In this document: positions 19,063 to 28,655 of the stretch, in pieces
How positions within the stretch are numbered: the first letter of the stretch is position 1
Layout: each line of letters opens with the position of its first letter
DNA from: an uncultured SAR86 cluster bacterium
Lineage (GTDB): Bacteria > Pseudomonadota > Gammaproteobacteria > Magnimaribacterales > D2472
Direction: 5' to 3'
NCBI GenBank assembly: GCA_902601475.1
Contig: CACKNK010000001.1
Span: 208,584 to 272,583 of the forward strand
DNA: 64,000 bases
The notes under the pieces: model-generated
What the model was told of the DNA's origin: nothing
Seen by the model: the letters and a program-made list of their open reading frames with translations, nothing else
Database searches by the model: none
Program-made: the position numbers and the translations under genes

Positions 19063-20292
19063 ATGGACTTACACTACAGTAAAGAATATTTAGATTTTGA
19101 AAAAGAAGTAAAGGCTTTTTGTAAAAAATATGATGGCGTCACTTTCACAGATGCAAGCAATAACCCTCTAGCAAGCTCAAGCAGTAAGAAAAAAAAGATA
19201 CAAGTCACTAGGAGTGAGTGGCAAAAAATTCTTATCGAACAAGGTTATTTTGCAAGAGCAGTTCCTAAAGAATATGGGGGATATGGCGGTGAGCCAGACA
19301 TTCTTAAAAGTAGAATAATTGCAGCTGAGTTCTCTAAAGCAAAAACACCTGCTCCAATGGGAGGCCAAGGGATAGATATGTTGGTCCCTACCCTGCTTGA
19401 AATGGGTACGAAGGAACAAAAAGAAAAATACATAAAACCAACACTTCATGGTGAGATGATTTGGTGTCAGGGGTACTCCGAACCAAATGCAGGCAGTGAT
19501 CTCGCAGCATTGCAAACGAAAGGTGAATTAATTGATGGTGAATGGGTAATTAATGGACAAAAGATTTGGACCTCAACTGCTCAATATTCACAAATGATGT
19601 TTTGCTTGGTCAGAACAGAGCCTGAAGCACAAAAACATGCAGGTATTAGCTATTTGTTAATTCCAATGGATTCAGAGGGTATCGAAGTGAGACCATTAGT
19701 AGATATGACAATGAAAGCAGGATTTAATGAGGTGTTTTTTACTGATGTAAAAATTCCTGGAACAAATATTGTTGGCAAACGAGGAGAAGGTTGGGCGGTT
19801 GCAAATGCAACACTTGGTCATGAGCGAGGCTCCTTAGCACCGCCTGATGCAATTATGAACAGGCTGAACATGCTCATCGATTTAATGAAACAAGAAAAGC
19901 TTGATGGCAAACCACTCATTGAGAATCCGATTTATAGGGATAGGCTTATGAAGATCCAAGGCAAAGTTATGGCTTCCCAGTCTCATGCTCTGAGATTATT
20001 GTCAGCCAAATTGAATCCCGGTCAAGATGTCAAAGTTGGCAAAATGATTCAAAAATTAGTTGGTACTGAGTTAAGACACGAACTAGAGGGTTTGGCGATT
20101 GATGTTATGGGTGAGATTGGTGTGTTATATGAGGACAGTCCGCACCTTCGTGATAAAGGATCATGGCAATTCATTTATATGTATTTCCTAGGATTAATTA
20201 TTGGGGGTGGCACCAGTCAAATACAAAAAAATATTATTTCTGAACGAGGACTTGGGCTCCCTAAGGAGCCTAAAGTTCAAGGAGCTCAATAA
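19063..20292 (+). CDS. Acyl-CoA dehydrogenase, putative catalytic subunit of a paired ACAD
   Basis: WCQGYSEPNAGSDLA, LGHER and IGGGTSQIQKNIISER. Confidence 0.92.
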   Translation: MDLHYSKEYLDFEKEVKAFCKKYDGVTFTDASNNPLASSSSKKKKIQVTRSEWQKILIEQGYFARAVPKEYGGYGGEPDILKSRIIAAEFSKAKTPAPMGGQGIDMLVPTLLEMGTKEQKEKYIKPTLHGEMIWCQGYSEPNAGSDLAALQTKGELIDGEWVINGQKIWTSTAQYSQMMFCLVRTEPEAQKHAGISYLLIPMDSEGIEVRPLVDMTMKAGFNEVFFTDVKIPGTNIVGKRGEGWAVANATLGHERGSLAPPDAIMNRLNMLIDLMKQEKLDGKPLIENPIYRDRLMKIQGKVMASQSHALRLLSAKLNPGQDVKVGKMIQKLVGTELRHELEGLAIDVMGEIGVLYEDSPHLRDKGSWQFIYMYFLGLIIGGGTSQIQKNIISERGLGLPKEPKVQGAQ

Positions 20293-20295
20293 AAA

Positions 20296-21381
20296 ATGTA
20301 TTTTGGTTTATCAGAGGATCAAATTTTCTTTCAAGATAATATTAAAAAGTTTCTTGAAGAGAATTCATCAGTAGAAATCCTTAGAAAAATTGCAGCTGAT
20401 AATCGAACATTTGCAAAAGATATCCATGATGGAATTATTAATTTAGGCATTAATAGTCTTTTAGTACCAGAGGAATTTGGAGGACTTGGATTAGACATAT
20501 TGTTTGCTGCAGCAATATCAGAATCATTGGGATATGGAGCAGGAGCAACACCTTTCATAGGATCTTATGTTATGGCACCGATAGCTATTATTGACGGTGG
20601 ATCAGATGAACAGAAGCAAAATTATTTAACCAGAATTGTATCCAATGAAGTTAAATTTGGAGTTGGATTTTCAGCGCTCACTGGAGCACGAGACAACTCA
20701 GAAATCCAAATCAAAGGAAATAAAATTTCAGGCAGATCACTTTTTGTCTTGGATTATGAATACGCAACACATTTTTTAATCTCCGATATAAATGGATGCA
20801 TTGGAATCATTGATGCCCAAGCAAATGGAATAGATTTAGTTGAACTTAAAACAATCGATAGAACTAGAAATGTCTGTGAATTGATATTAAAAAATGTTAA
20901 TTCTGAAATCTTAGAGCAAACAAAAAATTCAATAAATACTGCCGAAAAAGTAATTGATACAGGAAGAATAATGCTTGCAGCTGACTCACTTGGAGCAGCT
21001 CAAAACATGATCAATAAAGCTGTTGATTATGCAAAAGAAAGAAAACAATTTGGTAGAGCTATTGGTTCTTTTCAAGCTGTAAAGCACATGTGTGCAGAGA
21101 TGGTTGCTGAATTAGAGCCTTGCTACGCCTTGGTGTGGCATGCAGCTCATGCACAAAAACACATGCCTAATGAAGCAAGGCTTATGGCATGCCAAGCTAA
21201 ATCTCATTTAAGTGATGTAACTAAAGAAGTGGCAAAAAAGTCAACTGAAGTTCATGGAGGTATGGGTTTTACAGACTTGTTAGGGCTACATTATTGGTTC
21301 AAAAGAATAGGCTTAAATAGGCAATTACTGGGAACACCGGAACGTGTCCGTGAAGAAGCAGCATCTCTGCAACTTAACTAA
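20296..21381 (+). CDS. Acyl-CoA dehydrogenase, putative partner subunit
   Basis: RKQFGRAIGSFQAVKH, HGGMGFT and QLLG. Confidence 0.9.
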   Translation: MYFGLSEDQIFFQDNIKKFLEENSSVEILRKIAADNRTFAKDIHDGIINLGINSLLVPEEFGGLGLDILFAAAISESLGYGAGATPFIGSYVMAPIAIIDGGSDEQKQNYLTRIVSNEVKFGVGFSALTGARDNSEIQIKGNKISGRSLFVLDYEYATHFLISDINGCIGIIDAQANGIDLVELKTIDRTRNVCELILKNVNSEILEQTKNSINTAEKVIDTGRIMLAADSLGAAQNMINKAVDYAKERKQFGRAIGSFQAVKHMCAEMVAELEPCYALVWHAAHAQKHMPNEARLMACQAKSHLSDVTKEVAKKSTEVHGGMGFTDLLGLHYWFKRIGLNRQLLGTPERVREEAASLQLN

Positions 21382-21979
21382 TCTTTAATTGCTCCTCAAG
21401 TAATTGGATCCTGTCATTGCCAAAAAACATAGAGTCCTTAAAAAAATATGTTGGTGACCCAAAGCCGCCTCTATTAATCAACTCCTGAGTATTTTCCTTT
21501 AATGCATTTTTTGTGGTCTCTTGATTTATAAAATTCAAGAAAACATCTGAGTCTAAATTTAAATCCTCACATATTTCAGAAATTACCTTATCATCAGAAA
21601 TGTCTTTTCCATCAGTCCAGTAAGCTTTAAAAATGCAAAGAGCATAATCAGAGATTTGTTTTTGCTCATTAAAAAATAATGCGCCGCGCATAGCTTTTAC
21701 AGAGTTAATAGGAAAAATAGATGGCCAGTTAATTTGTATATTCCTCATTTTAGCCCACATTTTTATATCTTGATTGTAGTAATTGGATTTTAGTAGGTTT
21801 GGCTTGGCTCTGAATTTATATACTTCATCATTTACTGAATTAAAGACCCCACCCACGAGAATTGGTAAAAATTTAATCTCAACGTTGTACTTTAAAGATA
21901 TCTCATTAATTCCAATGAAGCCTAAATATGTCCAAGGACTTGAACAATCGAAGTAGAATTCGATATAGTTACTATTCAT
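21374..21979 (-). CDS. 2-hydroxychromene-2-carboxylate isomerase / kappa-GST (DsbA-like) family
   Basis: FYFDCSSPWTYL, FPINS and RGGFGSPT...FFGNDR. Confidence 0.88.
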   Translation of the reverse strand: MNSNYIEFYFDCSSPWTYLGFIGINEISLKYNVEIKFLPILVGGVFNSVNDEVYKFRAKPNLLKSNYYNQDIKMWAKMRNIQINWPSIFPINSVKAMRGALFFNEQKQISDYALCIFKAYWTDGKDISDDKVISEICEDLNLDSDVFLNFINQETTKNALKENTQELINRGGFGSPTYFFKDSMFFGNDRIQLLEEQLKIS

Positions 21980-21998
21980 CTTTGTAAGTTTATTCCAA

Positions 21999-24056
21999 AT
22001 GATATTTTTTAGAAATTTAAATTTATTTTTGTGTGCTTTTTATGCAGGTTTTGTCCTTGCAGTAGACTTGAATCTAGACATCAAACCAACACTAAAAAAT
22101 CAAAAAATACAAAAAGAAATCATCAAAAAAATAAAGGAAGATCACTTTTTTAAAGTAAAGAATATTGAAGACATCAGCAATATTTATCAGAAAAAACTAA
22201 TTGAAAGTCTGGATCCATCGAAAGTTTATTTTACTAAATTGGAAATTTCCCAATATGGAAATAATCTTAATTATGAGATTTTTGATCTAAATAGTAGCTT
22301 TAAAATATTAAATAAATACTTTAATCGTCTTATAGAGGCTACTTCATACCAAATAGAAATCCTAAGAGATTTTAATTTTGATTTTTCAAAATCTGAATAC
22401 ATGGATATCTATACTGATGATAATGAGTGGAAGTCCTCATTTGCGGAATTGAGAAAAGAATGGTTTCTTCTTGCAAAGAATGATTTGTTGAATGAAATCC
22501 TTGATGAAGATTTGTCCGATGAAACTGATATCAGGCAAACAATTATTGATAGGTATGAGCGAAGAATAAGGAGAATTAAGCAGCGTAATAATGAGGACTA
22601 TTTTTCTATCATTATGAATAATTTCATGAGTCAATTTGATCCTCACTCAGCCTATTTATCGCCAAAATCCGCGGAAGATTTTGATATGCAAATGAGCTTA
22701 AGTCTTGAAGGTATTGGTGCTCTATTAGGAATTGAAGATGATTATGCAAAAGTTGTAAGTTTAGTTCCTGGTGGACCTGCCGCCAAATCAAATCAGCTAT
22801 CTCCTGATGACAGAATAGTTTCTATAAGACAGGCATATGAAGAAAAAAGTACAGATGTAGTTGGTTGGAGAATAGATGAGATTGTAAAACTAATTCGCGG
22901 AGATGCAGGCACTAAAGTAGAACTTGAGATTATGCCCTCAAAATCTCTTGAGTCCTCAGAAAGAAAGTTCGTAACACTTGTTAGAGAAGAAGTTCAACTA
23001 GAGGAACAAGCTGCAAAAAGCAAAATTATTAGCATAGATTCAGAATTAAGAAACTATAGAGTTGGAATAATAGAGTTACCAGCATTTTATATAGACTTTA
23101 ATGCCTGGAGAGATAGAGATCCAAATTTTAGAAGTAGCTCAAGAGATGTTGAAGATATTCTAAATTCATTCAATGAAGATAATGTAGATGCAGTTTTAGT
23201 TGATCTTAGAGGTAACTCAGGAGGCTCTTTATATGAAGCAAATAAATTAACTGGTTTATTTGTTGCGTCTGGAGCAACTGTTCAAGTAAAAGAAAGCTCT
23301 GGAAATATTAGGCCTTGGGGCGACGGAAGAGCTAAACAAATCTGGAAAAAACCTGTAGGAGTTTTGGTTGATAGATACTCAGCCTCAGCTTCAGAAATTT
23401 TTGCAGGGGCAATTCAAGATTATAAAAGAGGTATCGTAATTGGTCATAGAACATTTGGAAAAGGTACAGTGCAAAGCCTTGATGATCTTAGTGCAGGTCA
23501 AATTAAAATTACCGAATCAAAATTTTATAGGGTTAGCGGTTCGAGCACTCAGGCAAAAGGCATTGAGCCAGATATTATACTACCCTCTTCATGGGATATT
23601 GAGGAAACTGGAGAAAGCTCATTAGATGAATCACTTCCATGGGATACAATTAGACCAATTAGGCATAGAATTTATAGTCTAAATGATGCGGCTATTCAGC
23701 AAGCATCTGAAAATCATATTGATAGGCTTACTAACGATCCTAACATGCAATATATTCTTAAAGTTCGTAAAAAGTATGATCAGCGCAAAAATAGAAAGAA
23801 ACTTTCTTTAAATATTGATGAAAGAAAAAAAGATAAACTAGATAGAAGATCGTGGATTCTGAATGCTGAAAATTCTCGACGAAATCTTTTAAATATTGAA
23901 GCATTTAATACTTATGATGATTTGGAGTCATTTAGGGAAGAAATCGATAATGAGGAAATATCTTTGGAAAATGATTTTCTTCTGAATGAGTCAAAAAATA
24001 TAATTATTGATTACTTAAAATTTAGCTCTCCATTAATTGCAGCTAATCAAAATTAA
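21999..24056 (+). CDS. prc: Tail-specific carboxy-terminal protease
   Basis: DPHSAYLSP, PDZ LEGIGA, DLRGNSGG, SASASEIFAGAIQDY and GKGTVQ. Confidence 0.93.
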   Translation: MIFFRNLNLFLCAFYAGFVLAVDLNLDIKPTLKNQKIQKEIIKKIKEDHFFKVKNIEDISNIYQKKLIESLDPSKVYFTKLEISQYGNNLNYEIFDLNSSFKILNKYFNRLIEATSYQIEILRDFNFDFSKSEYMDIYTDDNEWKSSFAELRKEWFLLAKNDLLNEILDEDLSDETDIRQTIIDRYERRIRRIKQRNNEDYFSIIMNNFMSQFDPHSAYLSPKSAEDFDMQMSLSLEGIGALLGIEDDYAKVVSLVPGGPAAKSNQLSPDDRIVSIRQAYEEKSTDVVGWRIDEIVKLIRGDAGTKVELEIMPSKSLESSERKFVTLVREEVQLEEQAAKSKIISIDSELRNYRVGIIELPAFYIDFNAWRDRDPNFRSSSRDVEDILNSFNEDNVDAVLVDLRGNSGGSLYEANKLTGLFVASGATVQVKESSGNIRPWGDGRAKQIWKKPVGVLVDRYSASASEIFAGAIQDYKRGIVIGHRTFGKGTVQSLDDLSAGQIKITESKFYRVSGSSTQAKGIEPDIILPSSWDIEETGESSLDESLPWDTIRPIRHRIYSLNDAAIQQASENHIDRLTNDPNMQYILKVRKKYDQRKNRKKLSLNIDERKKDKLDRRSWILNAENSRRNLLNIEAFNTYDDLESFREEIDNEEISLENDFLLNESKNIIIDYLKFSSPLIAANQN

Positions 24057-24865
24057 TGAAAATAATATCTTTTAATATTAATAGTATTAGGGCTCGACCT
24101 CACCAACTAGAATATATTCGTGACAATCTAGATCCTGATGTTATTGGGCTTCAAGAAACTAAGGTACATGATGATGAATTTCCTCTTGAGTTAGTTAATG
24201 AAATTGGTTATCACTGCGAATTTTGGGGTCAAAAAGGCCATTATGGAGTAGCTTTACTAAGCAAAAAGAAACCATTGGAGATTTCTAAAGGTTTTATAAA
24301 AGATACAGCAGAGGATCAAAAGAGGTTTATTCAAGGTAGATATAAGTTTAAGAATAGTGACATACTAATTTTGAATGGTTACTTCCCTCAAGGTGAAAAT
24401 AGAAACCATGAAACAAAATTTCCTAAAAAAGTGAAGTTTTACAAAGATTTGAAGTCTCACATAAAGAATTTACAAAAATCTTCATCAAATATCATTGTAA
24501 TGGGTGATTTTAATGTGGCTCCGTCTGAAAAGGATATCGGGATAGGTGAAAATAATGCTAAAAGGTGGCTACGTGAAGGAAAATGTGCATTTTTACCCGA
24601 GGAAATTGAGATGTGGAATTCAATTAGAAATCTTGGATTTGTTGATAGTTGGAGACTACAAAATTCTGATGAAGATTCTATCTATTCTTGGTTTGATTAT
24701 AGGTCCAGAATGTTTGCTGATAATCCAAAAAGAGGACTAAGAATAGATCATATTTTGGTTTCTGAAAATTTAACTAATTCAATTAATTCAACTGGGATCA
24801 GTTATGATGCTCGTGCAATGGAAAAACCATCTGATCATTGTCCTATATGGATAGATCTAAAATAA
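24056..24865 (+). CDS. xthA: Exodeoxyribonuclease III
   Basis: SFNINSIRARPHQL, LQETK, YFPQGE, GDFN, WFDYR, RIDH and PSDHCP. Confidence 0.95.
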   Translation: MKIISFNINSIRARPHQLEYIRDNLDPDVIGLQETKVHDDEFPLELVNEIGYHCEFWGQKGHYGVALLSKKKPLEISKGFIKDTAEDQKRFIQGRYKFKNSDILILNGYFPQGENRNHETKFPKKVKFYKDLKSHIKNLQKSSSNIIVMGDFNVAPSEKDIGIGENNAKRWLREGKCAFLPEEIEMWNSIRNLGFVDSWRLQNSDEDSIYSWFDYRSRMFADNPKRGLRIDHILVSENLTNSINSTGISYDARAMEKPSDHCPIWIDLK

Positions 24866-25318
24866 TTAAATGTTTCTTTTAGTTGCAAAAAAATCTTTAA
24901 GTAATTCGCTAGATTCACTCTCCAGATAACCACCAGAGTAGTTAACCCTGTGATTTAAAAAATTTTTTTCAAAGAAATTATCAACTGAAACTACTGCGCC
25001 TGTTTTAGGCTCTTTGGCACTAAAATAAAGATTTTTAATTCTCGCATTTACAATTGCCATACAACACATATGACATGGTTCTAAAGTCACATAAATAGAA
25101 GTATCAGGCAGTCTATAATTTTTTAAGATAGCACAAGCAGATTCAATGGCTTCTATCTCAGCATGTCTAATAGGTGAATTTTTTGAAACGCACTTGTTAC
25201 TACCGACTGATAAGACTTCATCGTCCAATGTAATGATGCATCCAACCGGAACTTCATCACATAAAGCAGCATGGTGCGCCTGCTCAATAGCAGCTAACAT
25301 AAATTTACTTTCATACAT
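24866..25318 (-). CDS. tadA: tRNA adenosine(34) deaminase
   Basis: EVPVG, HAE, NYRL, TLEPCHMC and FF..KR. Confidence 0.92.
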   Translation of the reverse strand: MYESKFMLAAIEQAHHAALCDEVPVGCIITLDDEVLSVGSNKCVSKNSPIRHAEIEAIESACAILKNYRLPDTSIYVTLEPCHMCCMAIVNARIKNLYFSAKEPKTGAVVSVDNFFEKNFLNHRVNYSGGYLESESSELLKDFFATKRNI

Positions 25319-25341
25319 TAAATAACTATTTTAAGTGAACA

Positions 25342-25428
25342 TGGTGCCCAGAGCCGGACTTGAACCGGCACGAAGTTGCCTTCGAGGGATTTTAAATCCC
25401 TTGTGTCTACCAATTCCACCACCTGGGC
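25342..25428 (-). tRNA. tRNA-Leu (anticodon TAA)
   Basis: GCCCAGGTGGTGGAATTGGTAGACAC-AGGGA TTTAAAA TCCCT-long variable arm-GGTTCAAGTCC...GGGCACCA, 87 nt with encoded CCA. A TATAAT lies at 25437-25442. Confidence 0.97.
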
Positions 25429-25473
25429 ATGGCTAGATTATAATCGAATTAAAATTTAGGATATATTTATTTT

Positions 25474-26652
25474 CTATTTTAGTATCTTTCTTTTTATAGC
25501 AGGAAAAATGACTAATATTCCTCCTAAAAGATAGCCTGGGAATTTACATAGATCTAATAAAAAGCCAATTAATCCAACTCTCATCCACCAAAAAGGAAAA
25601 ATATTATTAATTGCAAATCCTTTTCTTATTGGAAAGACTATCCCCCTGTAAATAATGCTTACTAGACATAAAGTAAGTACGTATATCTTAGTAATATGAG
25701 GAATGTAAAGAAATGATGACATATCCCAATCAGCAATTCGATCGTTCCAAAAAAATACAAAGTAGCTTATAAAAAATAAAAATATCAGCAGAAAAAATCT
25801 TCCAAGGATCTTTCTAAATATTCGACTAAAAAGCTTTAAAAAGTGTGCAATGATGAAAACTAAGCAAAGTATATAGAAATAGTTTTTGGTTATATCGTTT
25901 ATATAATATGGACTTGAATCCCAACCAACTATTGCATTCCATCGGGGAATTATGAGGGATAATAGCAACAAAAACGTTCCCAGAACAAATGCTTTACCAG
26001 ATGATTGAATATCAACAAGTGCTGAATGCATCTGATAAATGAATTGCCTTTTAGCTTCAATTAAAAATTTTTTTGAAATGCTGTTGTATGTTATCTGAGA
26101 TGTCCTGAATGTAGTGTGGTTATCTGGGAATAAATTTTTAAATCTGTCCCTCCACTCAAAATCTTCACCTGCTCTTACTCCCTCTAAGAAAAATCCGCAT
26201 CTAATGAAATATTCTTTATGCATAACTGATCCAGGCAAGGTTTCAACTGGCTTCTTACCAAATATCGATGCTTGTAATATTTCTTGGAACCCTGTTTCAG
26301 CTCTATAGGTTGTATAACCAAAAATACATTTCACATTTTGATCGAGAGTTGATTTTGCATTACTTAACCAATCATTTTTTGGAATGGTTTTTGAATCTAA
26401 GAATGCAATGAGCTCACTTTTAGCTTGAAGCACTCCATGATTACGTGCCTCTCCAGGATAATAGTCACCCTTAATATAATTTATATTAATTCTTGTAGAA
26501 AAATCGGTACATAAACTCTTAATCCTATTATTGCTTGATGAATCAATAATTATTAATTCATGTATTAACATTCGTTGCTTTACAAGAGCTTTAAGTATCA
26601 AACTAAATGAGTCTAAATACCCCTTTGCAGGAATTATCACTGAAAATTTCAT
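25474..26652 (-). CDS. GT2 glycosyltransferase with a C-terminal multi-TM region
   Basis: FSVIIP, IIIDSS, ARNHG, IAFLDS and GED; hydrophobic C-terminus. Confidence 0.85.
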   Translation of the reverse strand: MKFSVIIPAKGYLDSFSLILKALVKQRMLIHELIIIDSSSNNRIKSLCTDFSTRININYIKGDYYPGEARNHGVLQAKSELIAFLDSKTIPKNDWLSNAKSTLDQNVKCIFGYTTYRAETGFQEILQASIFGKKPVETLPGSVMHKEYFIRCGFFLEGVRAGEDFEWRDRFKNLFPDNHTTFRTSQITYNSISKKFLIEAKRQFIYQMHSALVDIQSSGKAFVLGTFLLLLSLIIPRWNAIVGWDSSPYYINDITKNYFYILCLVFIIAHFLKLFSRIFRKILGRFFLLIFLFFISYFVFFWNDRIADWDMSSFLYIPHITKIYVLTLCLVSIIYRGIVFPIRKGFAINNIFPFWWMRVGLIGFLLDLCKFPGYLLGGILVIFPAIKRKILK

Positions 26653-27506
26653 TGTCCTTTAAAAATATGCCTTAATGGCTCAATAATAAATTTATATAAA
26701 AGAATCTGATAGCTGAGCTTGAGAAGAAATCCTGATGATCTGAAGATAGTTTTTAAATTTATATCAACCCCATCCAGATTGCTAATAAATATTCTTCTTT
26801 TATCAGAAAGATTTGATGAAAAATTCTTGTCCGATGAGTTTTGGCCATCAATTAACCTTACTGTTAAAACACTATTCACATGATAGTGCTGAAGTGCCTT
26901 TGTTTTAAGAAATCTTAAGTACCAATCCCAATCCTGGCCTCTTTTGAATCGCTCACTAAAGTAACCAATGTCATAAAAACTTTCTCTTTTGACACAGCTT
27001 GCAGATGGTAAAAAATGAATTTTTAAAAATAATAGATTCTGAAAAGAAACATCATCATTGGTAAATTTCACTTCATACTCAGCTCCAGAAACATTATTTT
27101 TTTGTATAAAATTGTGTGTAAAAAAGTCATATTCAGGAAATGTACTAATAATATTAAACATTTTGATTAACTTTGAAGGCATGAAAATATCATCACTATC
27201 AAGGAAGAGCAGCCATTTTCCTGATGAAGCATCAATAGCATAATTTCTTGATCTACCTGAACTACCTTGGTTTTCTGATTTTGGTATTTCTACTACTTGG
27301 GTATTTATATTTTTGTGTAAAGTATTCTCAATATTTTTTTCGATAATTAGTTTTGTTTTCTCAAAAGGTAATTTTGAATAAGCATCTACTGCAAAAATTA
27401 TTTCATAGTCATGAAAAGTTTGAGATTTAATTGAATTTAATAGCTTTGATAAAAGTTCTTCTCTATCCTTAAATGGAATGACTATTGAAAAAAATGGTCC
27501 CTGCAT
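26649..27506 (-). CDS. GT2 glycosyltransferase
   Basis: FSIVIP..DR, SQTFHDYEII, SRN, FLDSDD and QDWDW. Confidence 0.9.
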   Translation of the reverse strand: MQGPFFSIVIPFKDREELLSKLLNSIKSQTFHDYEIIFAVDAYSKLPFEKTKLIIEKNIENTLHKNINTQVVEIPKSENQGSSGRSRNYAIDASSGKWLLFLDSDDIFMPSKLIKMFNIISTFPEYDFFTHNFIQKNNVSGAEYEVKFTNDDVSFQNLLFLKIHFLPSASCVKRESFYDIGYFSERFKRGQDWDWYLRFLKTKALQHYHVNSVLTVRLIDGQNSSDKNFSSNLSDKRRIFISNLDGVDINLKTIFRSSGFLLKLSYQILLYKFIIEPLRHIFKGQ

Positions 27507-27533
27507 TAAATCTATAATATCAATTAAGCAGCT

Positions 27534-28655
27534 TTATGGAATGTCTTGTAAAGATGATTCAAGACTATTGCTTATTACTTCAGCAACAAACATGTTTCCT
27601 TTCCCATTTAGGTGAACAGAATCATAGAAGTAATCTTTGTTCTTTGGAACTTTACTTTCAAGATCAATAATTGGGACTTCGTAATTTATGGCTACCTCTT
27701 TTATAATCTTATTAAACTCTTTGTACAATTCTACAAAAATAAAATAGTCAATATTTGGTGATTTCGAATTATATAAACTTATGATTTCATCATCAGATCT
27801 GCTAAATCTGTTTGGCTGAGTTAAAAGAATTGGTTGAGTATTCCACGATTTTGAAATTTGTATTAACGATATTATTGCGGATCTGAATTCACTCTTTATA
27901 GTTTCTGCTTGGTAAGCATCAAGCTTTCTCCCTTCCCTATAAAGTGCAAATTCATCAATCTTTACTTGATTATTTCTTCTTATTTTATTGATAAAACTCC
28001 TAGTATTTGGAAGAAAAGAGTTTAGTAAGCTTTTGGCAAGATCTATGAACATGTCTTTTTGAGTCTTAGTTATTATGATCTCTCTTGTTCTTGGAGCCTC
28101 CCAATAAGAGTATGTTTTTGAGAGCAATGAAAGATCATTTATCCCATGCATAAAAATTACTAAATCAGGTTTGAGTTTTATGCCTTTGGCTTGAAAGGAT
28201 AAAAGTGAATGCAGTGCATGATTACCAGAAACACCAGCATTGTAAACATTAATATTTCTACCAGTTTTTTCTTTAAGAATTGCTGAAACCAAATTTGGGA
28301 ATCTTTTTTCTTTAGAAATGCAAAGATTTTCTGTAGTACTTCCACCAAAGAAAATTATCTCAACTTCGTTATCTTTAACTGCTTCATTCTGAATTAATCC
28401 ATTCTTATCTAAAAGCAAAAAATTATTTCTTTTATCAGCTTCACTCAAATCTTTGCAGACATCCTCTGGAGGATATATTTCAGAAAAGGGGCTATGTTCT
28501 CTTAGATGTATATATCTTTCGTTTCCATAAATGCTTGGTTTTTCACCAGTCAAGATACCTAAGACAGAATCGAATGCTTTAATGCTAATTAAAAAAATGA
28601 ATAAGAGAATAAATAGAAATATAAAGTTAAAAAATTTGGTCTTAATCGAGCTCAT
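27534..28655 (-). CDS. Membrane-anchored SGNH/GDSL hydrolase
   Basis: N-terminal TM segment; FGGSTT, NAGVSG, GIND and DSVH blocks. Confidence 0.85.
   Translation of the reverse strand: MSSIKTKFFNFIFLFILLFIFLISIKAFDSVLGILTGEKPSIYGNERYIHLREHSPFSEIYPPEDVCKDLSEADKRNNFLLLDKNGLIQNEAVKDNEVEIIFFGGSTTENLCISKEKRFPNLVSAILKEKTGRNINVYNAGVSGNHALHSLLSFQAKGIKLKPDLVIFMHGINDLSLLSKTYSYWEAPRTREIIITKTQKDMFIDLAKSLLNSFLPNTRSFINKIRRNNQVKIDEFALYREGRKLDAYQAETIKSEFRSAIISLIQISKSWNTQPILLTQPNRFSRSDDEIISLYNSKSPNIDYFIFVELYKEFNKIIKEVAINYEVPIIDLESKVPKNKDYFYDSVHLNGKGNMFVAEVISNSLESSLQDIP

Noticed and set aside
25342-25473. Integrative element attachment site at tRNA-Leu or guaA
   Set aside because: No integrase and no duplicated tRNA or guaA 3' end were found; the island is on the tRNA 5' side.
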